From a bacterium (GTDB taxonomy: Bacteria > SAR324 > NAC60-12), in the NCBI GenBank assembly GCA_965233585.1, contig CBDDTI010000131.1, forward strand, positions 1 to 13,703: a stretch of 13,703 nucleotides of DNA, read 5' to 3'. The first letter of the stretch is position 1; each line of letters opens with the position of its first letter. The position numbers and the translations under genes are program-made. Of this stretch, positions 9,760 through 13,703 are shown in pieces. Under the pieces are notes generated by a model. The model worked only from the letters and a program-made list of their open reading frames with translations, had not been told where the DNA came from and searched no databases.

Positions 9760-10561
9760 ATGGCTGAAAGCCGGTTTGCTTCGTCCGACGAAATAGTGGT
9801 TGACCAACTGAAACTAAATGCAAAAAACAAAAGCACTGCTAAATAAACACAAACGCGGTTGAATGTCTCTGAAAACTGGGGAAATGAAAGGACATTGAAC
9901 CCTAAACTGGAGAAGTACGAGCACGAAGATCTCGATAAAAAATTACAAATGTTTTACGCTAAAGTGCTTACCAAAGATGAATGCTGGCAGCCCTTGACCG
10001 GCATTTGAGGTGACTAAAATTGCTCAATTATGCGAGACCGTGAGTTTTATCAGTCCAAGTTAGTGCTCGACGGATAAGTAAAACATCTTCGCCAGCATGG
10101 AAAATGGAAGAGACCGAACGTGGCAAGTGCACCGACAAGCGAAGAAGAAGAAGAAATACTTTAGACGGCAAAAACTCTCGCCGATTCCAATCCAGGAGTT
10201 TTTTCTCACACGATGTGGTGGAAAGCAACTGAGGACAGCAAATGTTTAGAGGCAGTCTATTATTGAGGTGACCGGCCACACAAATGAAAAGTCACCGAAC
10301 GACTACGATGAAGGAAATAAAAGGGAGCATCGGGAGCTATCGCACATCACATATCAGCAGAACTCCACAGACAACAAACATCAAACAGTTTCCTAGGATT
10401 TTCAGTGTGGTCTTTTCCAACCAAAACGAAAGAGATCCAGAAAGCAAGCAGTCGAAAGCAGCCATCATGCTTTTACGGTAAACAATTTCCACAACTGTCA
10501 AGTCACGTTTAGCGTCATTCAAAGCCAGTGCGGTTCATCCAAAAGTTCAGATCAGCATTAA
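9760..10561 (+). pseudogene. Crypton tyrosine recombinase (DUF3504-like) remnant
   Basis: Manual translation across stops and frameshifts: MAESRFASSDE...NAKNKSTAK*TQT...LDKKLQMFYAKVLTKD / MLAALDRHLR / SIMRDREFYQSKLVLDG*VKHLRQHGKWKRPN...EEEEEIL*...HTMWW / RQSIIEVTGHTNEKSPNDYDEG (TGH 10271-10279, Tyr 10304-10306) / NNFHNCQVTF; stop at 10559-10561. Confidence 0.85.
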
Positions 10562-10841
10562 CTATCTGTTCGAGGTAACTATTACGGAACAATTACGAAC
10601 TTTTCATCGTTTAACTGATTTTTCAAGCTCTTAGTGTAAAAACTTGATCACTTCATAACATTTTCCTGAAAATTCAGGCTTGGTTTACCTATCACAAGGT
10701 TGTAATTGATTGGTTGAAATAAAACATGTAAGCAGTTTGGAAGAGTTTGGAAGCCATTTCAGAGTTGTGTGTCCATAGAAGCGTGACAGTCGCGTTTTCT
10801 TCACTTTTTAAAATTTTGCAGAGAATATTTATATAAATAAA

Positions 10842-10999
10842 AAATCGTATGATCGCTCGTACATTTCGTGATATATGGTCACTCGTGATGTTTTTCAAGT
10901 TCTCAAATTGTACTCGCCTGCGGCTCGTGCAATTTTGAGAACTTGAAAAACATCTCTCGTGCCCATATATCACGAAATGCACTCGCGTTCATACGATTT
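10842..10999. repeat. 158-bp imperfect palindrome at the Crypton right end
   Basis: AAATCGTATGA...CATTTCGTGATATATGG...GATGTTTTTCAAGTTCTCAAA pairs with TTTGAGAACTTGAAAAACATC...CCATATATCACGAAATG...TCATACGATTT; centre at ~10920. Confidence 0.95.
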
Positions 11000-11642
11000 C
11001 CTATACTTATCGTGATAAAAACAAGGATAGAAATCACATCATCAACTCCCGCTGCAAACATCTGACAAATCAACTACGAAAAGCCCCAACCTCGATCAAG
11101 TCCGATTTTGACTGTTAAAACGGCGGGCCTCGCCTGGGTCCGCCGGACTTTTCTTAAAGTTCAACTACCGAACTGAAGTTTCACACAAAATTGATCCACA
11201 ATACTGATCCATGTTACCCCGCAAACGACCAAAAGAATATCCTACTATCAAATGCTACTCCAATCGGTGTGTACAAAACGCAGAGTGCAGACTCTAGACA
11301 GGTGGTGTTGGACTGTCGTTTCTCGACAGATTAATATTTCTGCACTCATGATGATAATCAATCGAAAATTTTCTAGGATCTGCTGGTGTAATATCTAGGC
11401 CAACTACTTGCGAAGTCTTGCCATGTTGAAAACTTTGTTTAGCACTCGCGCTTGACATCCGATTTAATTTTCTTCTTAGGCGCCATTACATGCTTTGTTT
11501 ATCCCAGTGCCAATAGGACTCTGCTCTTACAAGAACGTACTGGTCATCTGGGGCCACAGCCGGTAGAAATTCACGTTTACCTAAAGCCTTTTCTTTTCCC
11601 TTGTCCGCCATTTTGATTTCTCAAGCGGGTTACCGCTGTACA

Positions 11643-11726
11643 CCCGTTCCCCGTTCCCCGTTCCCCGTTCCCCGTTCCCCGTTCCCCGTTCCCCGTTCCC
11701 CGTTCCCCGTTCCCCGTTCCCCGTTC
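11643..11726. repeat. (CCCGTTC)12 heptamer tandem repeat, probably the subterminal array of a MITE end at ~11744
   Basis: 12 perfect units, followed by CCGGTATTAGTAACATCC; no matching opposite end was found in the window. Confidence 0.93.
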
Positions 11727-12953
11727 CCGGTATTAGTAACATCCCTGGCTAAATCGGCTGGAAGCAATGCACTTTATACCGGATTTTCTGCATACTCTCC
11801 GAGTCACGGAGAGAAACTCGACAACATCATGGTAAGGTGACATTGTGAATGTGGCTTCTTATGGATTCTCAGGGCCTGTTACTGTAGGGTGGAACGCGTG
11901 ACGCGCCCTGAGAGCGTCTGGGTGGGATTCTACGAAATTGCCCCTTCAAGAGCATACCCGGGACACCAACCGCCATCTTGAATTTGGATTACACTAGGAC
12001 GGTTTTCGTTTAAAGCTACGCTAAGCTAACCAAGTGCAGGAAGTGTAGGAAGGTAAACAAGGTTTGAAACAGTCGACAAGCAAGTAATGAAAAAGTACGA
12101 AGTTTAAACACTGTGAAACACTGGATTGATTGAAATCAGTCAGCCGCCTCAGCTCTCATTCTGGAACTTTTTAGTCAGTCAACTGTTTCCGAGAAAAAGA
12201 TGACCTCCGATGAGCTTGCCGTGGAGTTTATTTGAAGCCTGGCAAAGGATCATCCACAATGAACAATGAATCAGTTAATATCTTCTTTTAGAATTTTTTT
12301 AAATCATGATTTCGTCGTCCTTTACGTAAATAACTCAAACTTATAACTCATCTGATTCAGCAATGAACATCATGTTTGTCCTTTACGGGAATCAACTTTA
12401 TTTATCTGATGATGCCCAGTTGTGTTAAATAGCGTGTGTTGAGTTTCCTCTGCTCTAAAACTGACTGGCCGGCGTTCCATCAATGTTAAAGCTACGCACA
12501 CCATGGCCTGTTGTCACAAAAACTAAATACAAGTTCACTTACTTGGGGCCACGCATTGTTTTGAATAAGTTGTGAACCTTCTGGATCTTCGTTCATCGTG
12601 AAACATTATCTTCTTCGGGCGGGAGCATTTGTTTATCGACTGGATCTTATATCCTTTGAAGTGTTGCGTTGCGAGTGTAGTTTGCTGTACTGTTGTTTCT
12701 CCCAAATGCTTGCTACGAAACAATCATCACACCATTAACGGCTGAAATGAATGTACAGCGAAGTTAAACTGACAAGAGCTGACCTACTTTTCGCAGTCTT
12801 CAAAGTAATAAAATATATGTGCTGGATCACGTTTCTACTGCGATAAGATTAACTGTGTACGCTTGACCTCGACTTCAATGGAATCAATTTGAAATGTATA
12901 TACATTTCGCCGGTAAAATTATAAAATAGTAAAAGGTAAAAACTGGTAAAATG

Positions 12954-12997
12954 TTTGACTAAACGTTTTCGATCTTGCGATCATCTTCAGAGTGAAA
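12954..12997 (-). ncRNA. Minimal type I hammerhead ribozyme motif of the PLE
   Basis: Minus strand: UUUCACU CUGAAGA U GAUC GCAA GAUC GAA AACGUU U AGUCAAA = stem I, core, stem II with GNRA loop, GAAA, palindromic stem III, cleavage site, stem I. Confidence 0.8.
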
Positions 12998-13030
12998 AGA
13001 ATTTGCATGAACCAACTGTTTTATTTTTGG

Positions 13031-13703
13031 TTACGTAATGCCAGTTCCCATGGGGTACAGAGTAAGATGGAATGACTGAACTTGTTTGTTTAGTTCCGGA
13101 TTGAAGCGGGCGATGTACATAAAATGCCTCTTTTATTTTCCTCTTTGTCCATGAGTGAGCTAAAGTCAAGATGTCCCATGTGAATTTGTGTTCGGGATGT
13201 TTCTTTAAGTGTTTGGCCGGATCAGATTGTTTGTTTATATCAGAATGTTCGTTGACACGCACTTCAAGATTGCGTGCAGTTTCACCAATGTAAACTTGAT
13301 TACAAGTACACGTGCCTCTGTATATTACGTGCGATGGATGAATGTTTTTATCTTTGAGTTTGAAGAGAGTTTCAATCTTGCGTGTTTGCCAGAGGATATG
13401 GAAGTTAAATTTCCATTTAGTGTATTTGTTAAGTTTTGTTATGAATTTCTTGCTTTCAAATTCATTTCTCTTACAGAATGGTAGTTGAATGCCTATTTTT
13501 GTTCTTTCATCAAACCAGTGGACAGGGATAATCGTCTCATCATCTCTTGCCTTTGGGTTTTCAAAATCGTTAATAACCTCATTAACGAATTTTGCGGGAT
13601 AACCAGATCGGATGAAAGATTGTTTAATAGCTTGTACTTCTTCTTGCCAATTTGTGGCTATTCGTTTTGCCCTGTGGAGTGCTCCTAAGATAGTGTTGCG
13701 TTT
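13031..13703 (-). pseudogene. PLE ORF C-terminus: RT thumb plus GIY-YIG endonuclease, one late frameshift
   Basis: Open from the window edge: KRNTILGALHRAKRI...SGYPAKFV...LPF...KDKNIHPSHVIYRGTCTCNQVYIGETARNLEVRVNEH...KIKEAFY (VIY..YIGET 13278-13328). A 4-bp insertion at ~13115-13121 shifts away from YIARFNPELNKQ...GIT*. Confidence 0.93.

Larger units (their letters stand above)
9601..11007 (+). mobile_element. Crypton-type tyrosine-recombinase DNA transposon, decayed and internally deleted
   Basis: Contains the YR pseudogene below; upstream ATTGG box; long terminal palindrome at 10842-10999; candidate 6-bp terminal direct repeat TATACT at 9601-9606 and 11002-11007; no TIRs seen. Boundaries are less certain than the identity. 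Confidence 0.8.
12912..13703 (-). mobile_element. Penelope-like element (PLE), 3' part, continuing beyond the window
   Basis: RT thumb, linker and GIY-YIG ORF followed by a 3' region with a hammerhead motif and a T-rich tail; the 3' boundary is approximate. Confidence 0.93.

Noticed and set aside
10028..10982. ORFs 10028-10279, 10284-10481, 10337-10522 and 10692-10982
   Set aside because: They are antisense or off-frame readings of the Crypton remnant and its palindrome.
11601..11840. PVPRSPF-repeat protein
   Set aside because: It is an artefact of translating the (CCCGTTC)12 repeat.
11891..11932. GGAACGCGTGACG...GTCTGGGTGGGATTCTA resembling a DNA-transposon terminus
   Set aside because: No partner end or TSD in the window; the resemblance is from memory only.
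13209..13688. Plus-strand ORFs 13209-13484 and 13485-13688
   Set aside because: They are antisense to the PLE ORF.

Overview
Eukaryotic, gene-poor window made almost entirely of transposable elements and their debris; no intact host gene is supportable. The element mix suggests an invertebrate, probably cnidarian/coral, genome (inference). In order: (1) a decayed, internally deleted BEL/Pao LTR retrotransposon (~53-3707) whose single remaining LTR carries a nested 5'-truncated CR1/L2-type LINE; (2) a 1480-bp foldback DNA element (3780-5259) with ~495-bp inverted arms and a perfect 9-bp TSD, each arm carrying a 40-codon ORF ending in a helicase Q-motif-like peptide (AcademH-like) and a branched terminal hairpin; (3) a degenerate locally duplicated block with MITEs (6737-8722); (4) a decayed Crypton-type tyrosine-recombinase element missed by the ORF track (~9601-11007), ending in a palindrome with a regular mismatch pattern; (5) a (CCCGTTC)12 repeat; (6) the 3' end of a Penelope-like element on the minus strand with GIY-YIG endonuclease and a minimal hammerhead ribozyme motif (12954-12997). 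All calls come from manual reading and translation; no searches were run.
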